From the NCBI GenBank assembly GCA_965140705.1, contig OZ223300.1:512001-576000 (forward strand): a stretch of DNA of 64,000 nucleotides, given 5' to 3'. The translations under genes and the position numbers were made by a program. The notes beneath the pieces were generated by a model. That model was given only the letters and a program-made list of their open reading frames with translations. It had not been told where the DNA came from and searched no databases. Shown piece after piece: positions 1-11,355 of the stretch (position 1 is its first letter; the number at the start of each line of letters is the position of its first letter). Source of the stretch: an uncultured Arcobacter sp. (GTDB lineage Bacteria > Campylobacterota > Campylobacteria > Campylobacterales > Arcobacteraceae).

Positions 1-1
1 G

Positions 2-214
2 TTAATTATTACAATAAAAGATAACGCTGGTGGAATAAATGATAAAAGTATGGATAAGATTTTTGGAGCATATTATACAACAAAAGAAGATGGACATGGT
101 ATTGGCTTGTATATGACAAAAGTGATTATAGAAGATAAAATGAATGGTAAAATCTCTGTAGAAAATATAGATGGTGGAGCTATGTTTACTATAAAATTGG
201 AACAAAATCAATGA
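2..214 (+). CDS. Sensor histidine kinase, C-terminal HATPase fragment (5' truncated by window edge)
   Basis: Manual translation gives LIITIKDNAGGI...IFGAYYTTKEDGHGIGLYM...GGAMFTI (G1/F/G2 boxes); TGA overlaps the ATG of the next gene. Not in the ORF track. Confidence 0.9.
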   Translation, partial: LIITIKDNAGGINDKSMDKIFGAYYTTKEDGHGIGLYMTKVIIEDKMNGKISVENIDGGAMFTIKLEQNQ

Positions 215-867
215 AAATATTAGTATTAGAAGATAATGAAAGACTTAGTAATGTAATAAAACAAGCTTTAGTTAATGAAAACTATAAAGTTGATTGTTTT
301 TATGACGGAGAGAAGGCTTCAGCGGCTTTAGGTAATGGATATTCTTGTTTTATTTTAGATATAAATGTTCCAAATTTAGATGGAATATCTATCTTGGAAT
401 ATATTAGATTTAATCATGCAAAAACACCTGTTATTATAATAAGTTCTAACCATGATTTAGAAAAGGTTCAAACATCTTATGAAAAAGGGTGTGATGATTA
501 TTTAAAAAAGCCTTTTTATATTTTAGAACTTGTTCAAAAGGTAAAAAAACTCTGTGTTGTGCCTAAGCAATATTTACAATTTGATGAAAATTGTAAATAT
601 GATTTTATAAACCATAAATTATATAAAGATAATGAAGAGATAGAATTAACAAAAAAAGAGATTTTATTCTTAGAACTTTTTTCAAATAATTTACATCATG
701 TGGCTACTTATGATGAGCTAGAAGAGTATGTTTGGGAAGGTGAAGAGACTACTTTAGTAAATATTAGATCTATGATAAAAAGATTGAGAAAAAAACTTCC
801 TGAAGATGGAATTATTATTGTAAAAGGTTTAGGTTATTCTTTAAATAAGGGTGTAAAAATATATTAA
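211..867 (+). CDS. OmpR-family response regulator, likely cognate to the upstream kinase
   Basis: Receiver motifs LEDN, ILDINVP, KPF; winged-helix C-terminus (RLRKKL...GLGY). Confidence 0.93.
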   Translation: MKILVLEDNERLSNVIKQALVNENYKVDCFYDGEKASAALGNGYSCFILDINVPNLDGISILEYIRFNHAKTPVIIISSNHDLEKVQTSYEKGCDDYLKKPFYILELVQKVKKLCVVPKQYLQFDENCKYDFINHKLYKDNEEIELTKKEILFLELFSNNLHHVATYDELEEYVWEGEETTLVNIRSMIKRLRKKLPEDGIIIVKGLGYSLNKGVKIY

Positions 868-898
868 AAAAGCCTTGGATAAGATTTATCCAAGGCTT
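866..898 (-). terminator. Intrinsic terminator between convergent genes (end of frd-fum transcript)
   Basis: 13-bp perfect stem aagccttggataa/ttatccaaggctt (870-898), 3-nt loop; A-run on + gives a U-tail on -. Confidence 0.8.
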
Positions 899-979
899 AA
901 TAACTTAAATTTAAGATGGCTATAAGTGTTTGGTTTTATACTTTTTTTTATGACACCTCCTCAATATAGATTTATATTT

Positions 980-2470
980 TTAAATAGTTCTCCATTTAGC
1001 AGGGCCAGTAGTGTGAATAGAAGTACCCTCAGTATCAACAGCTACAGTAACAGGCATGTCTTTAACCTCAAACTCATAGATAGCTTCCATACCAAGTTCT
1101 TCAAAGGCTAATACTTTTGCTGATTTGATTGATTGTGATATCAAATATGCAGCTCCACCAGTTGCTATTAAATACATTGATTTATACTCTTTGATTAAAT
1201 CAATTGTTGGTTGTTTTCTCTCAGCTTTTCCAATCATTCCCATGATTCCTATTTCCATCATGTCTTTTGTAAATTTATCCATTCTTGTAGATGTTGTTGG
1301 TCCCGCAGGTCCTACTGCTTCATCTCTTACAGGATCCACTGGTCCAACGTAATAAATAAATCTATCTTCTAATTTAACTCCATTTGGAAGATCTTTTCCA
1401 GCATTTTTATATTCAACTATTTTTTTATGTGCTGCATCTCTTGCTGTTAAGATTTTCCCAGATAATAATAGAGTATCTCCTGATTTAAATTGAGATAAAT
1501 TCTCTTTTGTTAAATCTTCTATATTTACTCTTTTAATTGTATCCATTGGTAATTCAATATCTGGCCATATATCTAAATCTGGTTTATTAAATACTGCTGG
1601 TCCATCACCTTTTAGTTTAAAGTGAATATGTCTTGTTGCTGCACAGTTTGGAATCATAGCAACAGGAAGTGATGCTGCATGACATGGGTAATCTAATATT
1701 TTAACATCAAGTACAGTTGTAATTCCACCAAGACCTTGAGCTCCAATTCCTACTTTATTAATATCTTCATATAATTTAAGTCTTAATTCTTCTAGGGCAT
1801 TTTTTGGACCTCTTGCTTTAAGTTCATGTATATCAACATGACTCATTAAAGACTCTTTTGCTAAAAGCATAGATTTCTCAGGATTCCCTCCAATTCCAAT
1901 TCCTAATATTCCAGGAGGACACCATCCAGCTCCCATATTTCTAACATTTTCCATAACCCAATCATAAATACTATCACTTGGGTTTAATACAGCAAATTTA
2001 GATTTGTTTTCACTTCCTCCACCTTTTGCTGCAACTGTAATATCTATCTCATCTGAATTATCTACACTTACATGAATAACTGCTGGTGTATTATTTTTTG
2101 TATTTACTCTTTTCCCTGCAGGATCTGCAACTACTGAGTATCTTAAAGTGTTATCTGGATCTGTATACCCTTTTGCAACACCTTCATTTAATAAATCAAC
2201 TAACTCTTTTTTTATATCTAAAGGAGCATTTAATCCAACCTTTACAAAGATATTAACTGACCCTGTATCTTGACATAAAGGTCTATGACCCATTGCACAC
2301 ATTTTTGAATTTATTAATATTTGTCCTATTGCATTTTTTGCAGCTTCACCTTTTTCTACATTATAAGCTTCTACCATCCCTTTTACAAAATCTTCTGGAT
2401 GATAAAACGATATATATTGACATGCATCTGCTATACTCTCGATTATATCTTGTTCGGTTATTTTTTTCAT
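980..2470 (-). CDS. Class I Fe-S fumarate hydratase (fused alpha/beta domains)
   Basis: PLCQDTG, KGGGSEN, GWCPPG, TARDAAH, GPTTSTRM motifs; directly downstream of frdCAB. Confidence 0.92.
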   Translation of the reverse strand: MKKITEQDIIESIADACQYISFYHPEDFVKGMVEAYNVEKGEAAKNAIGQILINSKMCAMGHRPLCQDTGSVNIFVKVGLNAPLDIKKELVDLLNEGVAKGYTDPDNTLRYSVVADPAGKRVNTKNNTPAVIHVSVDNSDEIDITVAAKGGGSENKSKFAVLNPSDSIYDWVMENVRNMGAGWCPPGILGIGIGGNPEKSMLLAKESLMSHVDIHELKARGPKNALEELRLKLYEDINKVGIGAQGLGGITTVLDVKILDYPCHAASLPVAMIPNCAATRHIHFKLKGDGPAVFNKPDLDIWPDIELPMDTIKRVNIEDLTKENLSQFKSGDTLLLSGKILTARDAAHKKIVEYKNAGKDLPNGVKLEDRFIYYVGPVDPVRDEAVGPAGPTTSTRMDKFTKDMMEIGIMGMIGKAERKQPTIDLIKEYKSMYLIATGGAAYLISQSIKSAKVLAFEELGMEAIYEFEVKDMPVTVAVDTEGTSIHTTGPAKWRTI

Positions 2471-2480
2471 AATGTCCTCC

Positions 2481-3206
2481 TTAAGAACCTTTAACAGTCG
2501 CTAATTTTCTTCTCATATAAGCAATTTTAGTTTGTAATGGTAAATGTTTAGGACAAGTATCTTCACAACCAAGAAGTGTCATACAACCAAATATACCATT
2601 GTCATCACCAACTAATTCATAATAATCTTCAATTGTTCTCTCATCATGTGGATCACATTCAAATCTAGCAATTCTATTTAATCCAACTGCACCTACGAAA
2701 TCTTCTTTGATAAGTTTTGTTCCACATCCAGCAACACAACATCCACATTCAATACATCTATCTAATTCAAATACAGCATCAGCTACTTCTGGTTCAATTG
2801 GCATTTCAAGATTTGCAATGTCAACTTCATGAGAAGAGTGAACCCAAGATTCAACTCTTTTACTCATTTCATCCATCCAAACACCTGTATTTACAGATAA
2901 GTCTTTGATAAGACTAAATGTAGGTAAGGGAAGTAAAGTAATCTCTTTTGGTAAATCTTTAGTTAAAGTTCTACAAGCAAGTTTAGGTCTTCCATTTATC
3001 ATCATTGCACAAGATCCACAAATACCAGCTCTACATACAAAGTCAAAGCTTAAACCTGCATCTTGACTCTCTCTAATTTGAGTAAGGGCAATATAAATTG
3101 TCATACTAGGAGCTTCTTGAATTTTAAACTCTTCAAAGTAAGCTCTAACATTTTTTTTATCTTGTGGATCATATCTAAGTATTTTAAAAGTTAGTTCTCT
3201 AGACAT
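2481..3206 (-). CDS. frdB: Fumarate reductase iron-sulfur subunit
   Basis: [20 protein letters not shown] and [12 protein letters not shown] cluster motifs. Confidence 0.95.
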   Translation of the reverse strand: MSRELTFKILRYDPQDKKNVRAYFEEFKIQEAPSMTIYIALTQIRESQDAGLSFDFVCRAGICGSCAMMINGRPKLACRTLTKDLPKEITLLPLPTFSLIKDLSVNTGVWMDEMSKRVESWVHSSHEVDIANLEMPIEPEVADAVFELDRCIECGCCVAGCGTKLIKEDFVGAVGLNRIARFECDPHDERTIEDYYELVGDDNGIFGCMTLLGCEDTCPKHLPLQTKIAYMRRKLATVKGS

Positions 3207-5188
3207 TACAAATCTCCTAATCTAATATTTTTTCTTTTATATTCATCTTGAAGTGGAAATGGCATAAGTTTATCTTGGATTTCATATCTATCTTTACCTT
3301 CTAATTCCATTTTTTCTACTATTTCATCAATTTCGGCTTGTCTTTGAGCACTAATTGGATTTTCAATTAAATTACCTTTTGCTCCATATCCTCTAAATCC
3401 AGGAGGTATTTCCATTTTCATAATATCTAATGGTTCATACTCAACTGTTGGCATAGTATCTCCCTCTTTCCATGAAGTAAGGGTTCTTTTTAACCAATTT
3501 GCATCATCTCTTTTTGGATAATCTTCTCTTGTATGTGCACCTCTAGATTCAGTTCTATCAAGTGCTCCTTTTGCAACACAAAGAGCTACTTTTAACATCA
3601 TTGGAACTCTATATGCTTCTTCAAGTTCTGGATTTGCAGTAAGTTGTTTATTTCTTACAGCTACATTTTTAGATTTGATATATAATTCTTCAAGCTCTTT
3701 TACTGCTTTTTCTAAACCTTCTCCATCTCTAAAAATCCCAACATAATCTTGCATGATTTTTTTCATTCTATTTTTGATTTTAAATACATCATCCCCACTA
3801 TCTTTAGAAACTAAGTCTTTCATATAAGCTTCTTTTTCATGGACAAATTTTTCAATAACATCTGTTTGAATATCTATTTGTGTATCTAAACAATAATCTG
3901 CAAAATAATTTCCAACAATCATACCAGCAACAACTGTTTCAGAAACAGAATTTCCTCCTAGTCTATTGAATCCATGCATATCCCAACAAGCAGCTTCCCC
4001 ACAAGAGAATAATCCTTGTAAAGTTTGTGATTCTCCTGTTGGTTTTGTTCTAATACCACCCATAGAGTAATGTTGCATTGGATGAACAGGAGCCCAACCT
4101 TTTTGACCTTCATCTGCTGGATCTATTCCTGCAAATGATTCACAGATTTCTTGAACATCTCTTAGATTTTTTTCAATATGCTCTCTTCCTAAAATTGAAA
4201 TGTCTAACCAAAGGTGTGTTCCATAAACTGAATCAATACCTTTTCCTTTTCTCATATGTTCCATCATTCTTCTAGATACAACATCTCTTGAAGCTAGATC
4301 TTTTTTTTCAGGTTCATAATCAGGCATAAATCTATGTCCATCAACATCTCTTAGAACACCACCATCACCACGACAACCTTCAGTTAATAAAATACCTGAT
4401 GGGAAAAGTGGAGTAGGGTGAAACTGTACAGCTTCCATATTTCCAAGTTTTGCAATACCTGTTTCTAAAGCAATAGCAGTTCCTATACCCTCACAAATAA
4501 CTGCATTAGTAGTGATTTCATAAATTCTTCCATATCCACCAGTTGCTATTAAAGTACCTTTTGAAACATAAGCTACAATGTCTCCTGTAATTAAATCCCT
4601 AACAATAGCACCATAACATTTGTTATTATGGTGAATTAATCCAATTGCTTCTTTTCTATCTTCGATATTTACATTTAATCTTAAAGATTCGTTTGCAACT
4701 GCAAAAAGCATAGTATGGCCTGTCGCATCAGAGGTATAACAGGTTCTCCATTTTTTTGTACCACCAAAGTCTCTTGAATTGATTAAACCATGTTTTTCAT
4801 CTTCTTCAAATATATTAGTTTTTTTTGTATTGATAACTGCTTCATGATTTCCTTTTTTGATTCTAGACCAAGGTACACCCCAAGCTGCAAGTTCACGAAT
4901 TGCTTTAGGAGCAGTTGTAACAAACATTCTTGCTACTTCTTGATCACATCCCCAATCGCTTCCTTTTACTGTATCACTAAAGTGCACATCTTCATTATCA
5001 CCTTCACTCATTTTTGCATTACCAAGACTTGCTTGCATACCACCTTGAGCTGCTGCACTGTGAGATCTTTTAACTGGAACTAAACTTAAAACTGTTGTAC
5101 TTAAACCTTTTTGTGCAGCTGCAACTGCTGATCGAAGTCCTGCAAGACCTCCACCGATTACTAGTGCATCACAATATTTAATTTTCAT
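3206..5188 (-). CDS. frdA: Fumarate reductase flavoprotein subunit
   Basis: GGGLAG FAD loop, [10 protein letters not shown] covalent-FAD His, [21 protein letters not shown]. Confidence 0.96.
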   Translation of the reverse strand: MKIKYCDALVIGGGLAGLRSAVAAAQKGLSTTVLSLVPVKRSHSAAAQGGMQASLGNAKMSEGDNEDVHFSDTVKGSDWGCDQEVARMFVTTAPKAIRELAAWGVPWSRIKKGNHEAVINTKKTNIFEEDEKHGLINSRDFGGTKKWRTCYTSDATGHTMLFAVANESLRLNVNIEDRKEAIGLIHHNNKCYGAIVRDLITGDIVAYVSKGTLIATGGYGRIYEITTNAVICEGIGTAIALETGIAKLGNMEAVQFHPTPLFPSGILLTEGCRGDGGVLRDVDGHRFMPDYEPEKKDLASRDVVSRRMMEHMRKGKGIDSVYGTHLWLDISILGREHIEKNLRDVQEICESFAGIDPADEGQKGWAPVHPMQHYSMGGIRTKPTGESQTLQGLFSCGEAACWDMHGFNRLGGNSVSETVVAGMIVGNYFADYCLDTQIDIQTDVIEKFVHEKEAYMKDLVSKDSGDDVFKIKNRMKKIMQDYVGIFRDGEGLEKAVKELEELYIKSKNVAVRNKQLTANPELEEAYRVPMMLKVALCVAKGALDRTESRGAHTREDYPKRDDANWLKRTLTSWKEGDTMPTVEYEPLDIMKMEIPPGFRGYGAKGNLIENPISAQRQAEIDEIVEKMELEGKDRYEIQDKLMPFPLQDEYKRKNIRLGDL

Positions 5189-5198
5189 ATTAAAACCT

Positions 5199-5966
5199 TT
5201 ATTTTTTCATTAGTTGTATAGAGTCATTAGGATTATATTTCATTGGAGCATGGTCAATTCTATCCATACCAATTTTTATATAAGCAAAAAGTGTTATTAC
5301 CCCTAAAGTTAGGAAGAAGATACTTACAATTTTTTTTGCTTTCATCATTCTTTTTCTTGTCTCTTTAGGGTTTTTCCCATCAAACCAACCCCATTTCATA
5401 GCCGCACGATACAATCCAATTGAACCATGAAGCTCAACACAGATTAATAAAACCATATATAAAAGCCACATATGTTGATTTACAACTCTATATGAACTTG
5501 AATAAGGACCAATATTTTCAGGTTGTGTAAACATAATATACAAGTGAATTGTTGCAATGAACATCATAATTAATCCACTTATCCATTGAAACATCCACAT
5601 TGAAGTATCTGAGTGTTTCATCATTTTTGAATGTTCTCTTATTTTTATATATGCTTTATATGAGGTAGGGAATTTTCTAATTCCTAAAAGTGCATGAGCA
5701 ACAAATATCACTGTAATTATTCCAACAAATATACTTACAATAAATGGAAGTCCACCAGCAAATATAAAGTTAAGTTCAAACATTTTAGTTACTGTGTACA
5801 TTGCATTTTCACCAAAAAGTATTGTTGACACAAAAAACATATGTGCCATCATAAAAATTGCAAGTATAACTCCAGATGCAGTTAATGCTTTATCAAGTTT
5901 AGCAGGAATTCTACTTTTATTGCCATCAGGATTTTGTCCTGTATAAGCCTCAATAACTTCATTCAT
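5199..5966 (-). CDS. frdC: Fumarate reductase diheme cytochrome b subunit
   Basis: Five hydrophobic helices with His ligands; [10 protein letters not shown]...KWGWF motif; first gene of frdCAB. Confidence 0.93.
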   Translation of the reverse strand: MNEVIEAYTGQNPDGNKSRIPAKLDKALTASGVILAIFMMAHMFFVSTILFGENAMYTVTKMFELNFIFAGGLPFIVSIFVGIITVIFVAHALLGIRKFPTSYKAYIKIREHSKMMKHSDTSMWMFQWISGLIMMFIATIHLYIMFTQPENIGPYSSSYRVVNQHMWLLYMVLLICVELHGSIGLYRAAMKWGWFDGKNPKETRKRMMKAKKIVSIFFLTLGVITLFAYIKIGMDRIDHAPMKYNPNDSIQLMKK

Positions 5967-6267
5967 TTTCTCTCCTTAATTGAATTACTTATTCTGAAAA
6001 GGATTTTATATCAGGAAAATGTCATTAATATGACTTTATTAAAAAAATGTAGTATTTTTTATTCAGAAATATTTAATAATTATAAAATAATAAAAAGAGT
6101 TATGATTTTATAAAAGTGAAGATAAACTTAACACGTGAAATTAAGTTGATTAAATTAATCTTCTACTTAATAAAAATTGAGTATTATTATGCCCTTATAA
6201 ATATATGCTAATATATATATTGTTTGTGTGATTTTAAAAAGTACTTGACTACTAAAAGGAAGAAGAG

Positions 6268-7197
6268 ATGTTAGATTTAGCGATAATCGGAGGCGGACCA
6301 GCAGGATTAACAGCAGGGTTGTATTCGACAAGAGGTGGATTGAAAAATGTTACTATGTTTGAGATGGGTATGCCAGGAGGACAAATAACAGGAAGTAGTG
6401 AAATAGAGAATTACCCAGGACAAGTAGAAATAGTAAGTGGTATGGATTTGATGGAATCATGGCCAAAACAAGCAATGAGATTTGGATTAAAACATGAAAT
6501 GAATCAAGTTTCAAAAGTAACAAAAACAGGTGAAGTATTCACAGTAGAATTGAGTGATGGAACAAAACAAGAAGCAAAATCAGTATTGCTAGCAACAGGA
6601 TCAGTTCCAAAAAAAGGTGGATTTAAAGGAGAAGATGAATTCTTCGGAAGAGGAGTATCAACTTGTGCCACTTGTGATGGATTCTTTTATAAAAATAAAG
6701 AAGTAGCAGTAATAGGAGGAGGAGACTCAGCCTTAGAAGAAGCAGTGTACCTTTCAAAAATGTGTTCAAAAGTATATTTAGTGCATAGAAGAGATACATA
6801 TAGAGCAGCACCAAGTACAATAGAACATATGAAAGCTTGTGAAAATATAGAAGAAGTAACAAATGTAACAGTAGAAGAAGTGTATGGAGATGCAACAGGA
6901 GTACTTGGACTAAAAGTAAAAAGTAAAGAGACAGGTGAGATAAGAGATTTAGCAGTACCAGGAGTATTTACATTCGTAGGAAGAGATGTGTTAAGTGATA
7001 GCTTAAAACAAGATGATGGAAGTTACCTATGTGAAGTAAATGAAGCAACAGAAGTAGTGGTAGATTTAAAGATGAGAACAAATGTACCAGGATTATATGC
7101 AGCAGGTGATGTAAGAATAGATGCAGCGAAACAAGTAGTATGTGCAGCTGCTGATGGTGCTACTGCTGCTGTTAATATTATTGAATTTTTAGGATAA
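6268..7197 (+). CDS. trxB: Thioredoxin-disulfide reductase
   Basis: GGGPAGL, CATCDG redox centre, [16 protein letters not shown]. Confidence 0.96.
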   Translation: MLDLAIIGGGPAGLTAGLYSTRGGLKNVTMFEMGMPGGQITGSSEIENYPGQVEIVSGMDLMESWPKQAMRFGLKHEMNQVSKVTKTGEVFTVELSDGTKQEAKSVLLATGSVPKKGGFKGEDEFFGRGVSTCATCDGFFYKNKEVAVIGGGDSALEEAVYLSKMCSKVYLVHRRDTYRAAPSTIEHMKACENIEEVTNVTVEEVYGDATGVLGLKVKSKETGEIRDLAVPGVFTFVGRDVLSDSLKQDDGSYLCEVNEATEVVVDLKMRTNVPGLYAAGDVRIDAAKQVVCAAADGATAAVNIIEFLG

Positions 7198-7203
7198 ACA
7201 AAT

Positions 7204-7977
7204 ATGATTAATGTAGGAATTGTAGGAAGTACAGGAAGAGTTGGTTCTCTTTTAATAGATGATTTACAAAATGATGAGCAAGTGAAATTAAGTGCTTGTC
7301 ATGTTTCTAGCAAATTGAATAAGACTGTTCCCGAGGGTACAGTTGTAACAAATGATATAAATACACTTTTAGAAAGTTCTGATGTAGTTATAGATTTCTC
7401 AGTTCCTGCTGCAACAGAGGCTCTTCTTACTGAAGTTATTGAAGGTAAAAATAAAAAGCCTTTAGTAATAGCAACTACTGGATTCTCTAAGCATCAACAA
7501 AATTTACTTATAGAAGCTAGTAAATTAGTGCCTATTTTATATGCAACTAACATGAGTTTAGGAGTTGCAGTTTTAAATAAACTTGTTACTCTTGCTTCTA
7601 AGACATTAAGAGATTTTGATATAGAAATTGTGGAACAACATCATAGAAATAAGGTTGACTCTCCTTCAGGTACTGCTTTAACACTTGCAGAACATGCAGC
7701 AAATGCAAGGGATTTAAATCTTGATGATGTAAGAGTTTCAGGAAGAGATGGTATTATTGGTGCAAGATCTAAAGATGAGATTGCAGTAATGAGTTTAAGA
7801 GGTGGAGATATTGTTGGGAGACATACTGTTGGCTTATACAATGATGGTGAATTTATTGAATTAAATCATACAGCAACTTCTAGAAATACTTTTTCAAAGG
7901 GTGCTATCAAAGCTGCTAAATGGCTTGTGAATAAAGAAGCTGGTTTATACTCAATAAATGATTGTTTAGGTCTATAA
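7204..7977 (+). CDS. dapB: 4-hydroxy-tetrahydrodipicolinate reductase
   Basis: GSTGRVG, IDFS, EQHHRNKVDSPSGTA. Confidence 0.96.
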   Translation: MINVGIVGSTGRVGSLLIDDLQNDEQVKLSACHVSSKLNKTVPEGTVVTNDINTLLESSDVVIDFSVPAATEALLTEVIEGKNKKPLVIATTGFSKHQQNLLIEASKLVPILYATNMSLGVAVLNKLVTLASKTLRDFDIEIVEQHHRNKVDSPSGTALTLAEHAANARDLNLDDVRVSGRDGIIGARSKDEIAVMSLRGGDIVGRHTVGLYNDGEFIELNHTATSRNTFSKGAIKAAKWLVNKEAGLYSINDCLGL

Positions 7978-7986
7978 GGAAATAAT

Positions 7987-9336
7987 ATGTGCGCAATAGT
8001 TGGAATTTTTGGTAATGAAAAAGCTTCTAGGTTAGCCTCTTTGGCTCTATTTTCTATGCAACATAGAGGGCAAGAAGCAACAGGGATATCTTCATCAAGT
8101 GATGGCAAAATTTATACAATTAAAAACAGAGGTTTAGTTTCTGAAGTTTTTGATAATAAAGCATTGGAGTATCTAAAAGGTAATATGGCAATTGGTCATA
8201 ATAGATATTCAACAGCAGGTGGGGATTCTATTTTAGATGCTCAACCAGTATTTGCAAAATATAAATTAGGTGAAATATCAATAGTACATAATGGAAATCT
8301 GATTAATAAAAAAGTTGTAAGACAAGATTTGATCGATAATGGTGCTATTTTTCAAACTGGTATGGATACAGAGAACTTAATTCATTTAATTGCCAAAAAT
8401 TCAAAAGATAGATTAAGAGATAGAATAAAAGAGGCTTTAGATAAGACTATTGGAGCATATTGTTTTATAATTCAATCTCGTTCTAAACAATTTGTTATTA
8501 GAGATAGATATGGAATTAGACCATTATCAATTGGAAAATTAAAATCTGGTGGATATATAGTTGCCAGTGAAACTTGTGCTTTTGATTTAGTTGATGCAGA
8601 GTTTATTAGAGATGTAAGACCTGGAGAAATGCTTATTTTTAGTGAAAAAGTAGAAGAACCAGAATCAATTCAATTATATGAGCCAGAATATAGACCTTGT
8701 GCTTTTGAATATGTATATTTTGCAAGACCAGATTCAGTAATTGATGGTAAAAGTGTATATAGAGCAAGAGAAAATATGGGAAAAACTTTAGCTATGAATG
8801 ATAAAGGAAATGATATCAAAATAGATATGGTTATTCCAGTACCTGATTCAGGTGTTCCAGCAGCCATTGGTTATGCGGCTGAAAGTGGTGTCCCTTTTGA
8901 ACTTGGAATTATTAGAAATCACTATGTTGGAAGAACTTTTATTGAACCAACACAAGAGATGAGAGATTTAAAAGTTAAGATGAAATTATCTCCTATGAAA
9001 TCATTAATTGCTGGAAAATCTTTACTTGTAATTGATGATTCTATTGTAAGAGGAACTACATCTAGAAGAATAGTAAAAATTCTAAAAGAAGCAGGTGCTA
9101 AAGAGGTTCATTTTAGAGTTGCAAGTCCTGAGATTAAATTCCCTTGTTATTATGGAATTGACACACCTACAAAAGAAGAGTTAATCTCGCATCGTATGAA
9201 TAAAGAAGAGATTAGAGAACATATCCAAGCTGATACTTTAGAATATCTTTCAATAGAAGATTTAAAGAACTCTATTGGAAATGATAGAAACTATGCCTTA
9301 GAAAGTTTTGATGGTGACTATTTCGTTACAAAATAA
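7987..9336 (+). CDS. purF: Amidophosphoribosyltransferase
   Basis: N-terminal Cys (MCAIVG), QHRGQE, GHNRYST, IDDSIVRGTT. Confidence 0.97.
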   Translation: MCAIVGIFGNEKASRLASLALFSMQHRGQEATGISSSSDGKIYTIKNRGLVSEVFDNKALEYLKGNMAIGHNRYSTAGGDSILDAQPVFAKYKLGEISIVHNGNLINKKVVRQDLIDNGAIFQTGMDTENLIHLIAKNSKDRLRDRIKEALDKTIGAYCFIIQSRSKQFVIRDRYGIRPLSIGKLKSGGYIVASETCAFDLVDAEFIRDVRPGEMLIFSEKVEEPESIQLYEPEYRPCAFEYVYFARPDSVIDGKSVYRARENMGKTLAMNDKGNDIKIDMVIPVPDSGVPAAIGYAAESGVPFELGIIRNHYVGRTFIEPTQEMRDLKVKMKLSPMKSLIAGKSLLVIDDSIVRGTTSRRIVKILKEAGAKEVHFRVASPEIKFPCYYGIDTPTKEELISHRMNKEEIREHIQADTLEYLSIEDLKNSIGNDRNYALESFDGDYFVTK

Positions 9337-10312
9337 TAAAACAAAACAAAAAAAATCTTTAGAAGAACTACTTACTATTGGAAAATATTTCCGTAGTAAG
9401 TTTGGTGAGACTATTTATAAAGTTCCAATTTCAATATCTGGCTTTACCTGTCCAAATATTGATGGAACTGTAGCAAAAGGTGGATGTAGCTTTTGTGAAA
9501 ATGACTCTTTTTCTCCCAACTTACAAGAAAAAAAATCTAAGTTTAAACTGCATCCTTCAAATCCCTCAAATCCATATCTAGATAGGCAATTAAAACAATT
9601 AGAAATGCAATTTAATGCCACAAAAGAAAGGCTTGGAAATAAATTTGGTACAAAGAAATTTATAGTTTATTTTCAATCTTTTACAAATACCTATGCACCT
9701 TTTGAGACTTTAAAAGCTCTTTATACAAAAGCTTTATCTTTTGAAAATGTAATTGGTTTAAGTATAGGTACAAGAACAGATTGTGTGACAGATGAGATAT
9801 TGGATTATTTGGCAGATCTATCAAAAGAAAAAGAGATTTGGATAGAGTATGGTATCCAATCTTTTTACGATGAAACTTTAGAAAAGATAAATAGAGGAGA
9901 TAGCTCTTCTAATATTAAAAAGTGGATTAAAAAATCAAAAGAAAAAGGATTAAATGTTTGTGGACATTTAATTTATGGATTGCCAAATGAAACTCAAGAG
10001 ATGATGTTTGAGACATTAAGACAAACAATTGAGTTAGATATTGATTCTATAAAGTTTCATCCTTTGTATGTGGTTAAAAATACACTTTTAACAAATGAAT
10101 ATAAAAAAGGAAGATTTACTCCAATAAGTGAAGAGTTATATATAGATACAGTTGTAAAATCTATTAAAATGCTTCCTAGAAATATCTCTATTCAAAGAAT
10201 AACAGCTGGAATTTCTGATGATAGTTTATTGGCTCCACTTTGGTGTAAAGATAAACATACACAAATACAAAAGATAAAAAAAGCTTTAATAAAAGAGGGA
10301 TTGAGATATTAA
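9308..10312 (+). CDS. Radical SAM protein, YhcC/TIGR01212-like (start uncertain)
   Basis: GFTCPNIDG..AKGGCSFC, YFQSFTNTY, GTRTDC, IKFHPL motifs. Confidence 0.85.
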   Translation: MMVTISLQNNKTKQKKSLEELLTIGKYFRSKFGETIYKVPISISGFTCPNIDGTVAKGGCSFCENDSFSPNLQEKKSKFKLHPSNPSNPYLDRQLKQLEMQFNATKERLGNKFGTKKFIVYFQSFTNTYAPFETLKALYTKALSFENVIGLSIGTRTDCVTDEILDYLADLSKEKEIWIEYGIQSFYDETLEKINRGDSSSNIKKWIKKSKEKGLNVCGHLIYGLPNETQEMMFETLRQTIELDIDSIKFHPLYVVKNTLLTNEYKKGRFTPISEELYIDTVVKSIKMLPRNISIQRITAGISDDSLLAPLWCKDKHTQIQKIKKALIKEGLRY

Positions 10313-10343
10313 TTTGTATCTTTTAAAGATAGATACAAATTAA
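10309..10343. terminator. Hairpin between convergent genes, probable bidirectional terminator
   Basis: ttaatttgtatct / agatacaaattaa inverted repeat. Confidence 0.6.
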
Positions 10344-11239
10344 CTTTTGATTTTGAGAAGATAATCAACAACATTTTCTATAAATGCGTCATGTTTTCTA
10401 TCTTTTCTGTAGGCAATATATAGTTTTCTAGTCATTCTACTATTTCCTATTCTTGATTCAAATAAGGTATTTGATTTTAAAAGTGAATCAATAGCATTTC
10501 TTGACACTATAGAAACAGTTGGTGTCCCTGTAATCTCAGAGTGTAAAACAGTTTGAATAATTGTTGTAGCACTTGTAACTTCACTTGTAATATCAAATTG
10601 GTCACAGTCTGGGAAATTCTCTTTATCAAGATTTTCTTTAAATATCATTCTTGTATTTGAATCAGGATTTCGACAAACCCATTTATAAGATAGTAAATCT
10701 TCAGCTTTAGCCCGTGCTGGAAGTTTTTGGTTTGAAAATATTACAATCTCATCTTCCATCCATTCTCTATAGATAATATCATCATTACTAATATAGTTTT
10801 CAACTAAGGCAATATCAATTTTTTTATCCAATAAATCTTCTATTGTCTCATGGGAAACAGAAACATTTATAGAAACATCATTATGAATATCTCTTTTTAA
10901 TTGATTTAAGAATCGTGGAAGAATATAGTTCCCTATGATAAATGAAGCACCGAACATAAACGTAACATCTTTGTTCATTATTTTTAATAACTCTTTTTCA
11001 CAATTATTTACAGTTCTTTCAATCTTTTGGGCAATATTATAAAGCATTTCGCCTTCTTTTGTTACTTTGATACCATTCTTCTTTCTATCAAGTAATTGCA
11101 CTTCTAAATAATCTTCTATAAATTTCATCTGCTGAGTAACGGCAGGTTGTGAAATACCAAGCTTAGCAGAAGCTTTTGAAAAAGACTTTTCTCTAACAAC
11201 TGTTAAAAATGTATTTACTTTTGCAAAATCATTTAACAT
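10340..11239 (-). CDS. LysR-family transcriptional regulator
   Basis: SFSKASAKLGISQPAVTQQMK HTH; start moved to ATG 11239 (MLNDF), which follows AAAGG. Confidence 0.9.
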   Translation of the reverse strand: MLNDFAKVNTFLTVVREKSFSKASAKLGISQPAVTQQMKFIEDYLEVQLLDRKKNGIKVTKEGEMLYNIAQKIERTVNNCEKELLKIMNKDVTFMFGASFIIGNYILPRFLNQLKRDIHNDVSINVSVSHETIEDLLDKKIDIALVENYISNDDIIYREWMEDEIVIFSNQKLPARAKAEDLLSYKWVCRNPDSNTRMIFKENLDKENFPDCDQFDITSEVTSATTIIQTVLHSEITGTPTVSIVSRNAIDSLLKSNTLFESRIGNSRMTRKLYIAYRKDRKHDAFIENVVDYLLKIKS

Positions 11240-11355
11240 TGATTTAAAACCTTTAATTTTTATTGGCACAATAATAACATTTATTTTTAAACATAAATAT
11301 TAAAGATTATAGTTTTATTTTATTTTTGATATAATAAAAACTAATTGGAGTTAAA

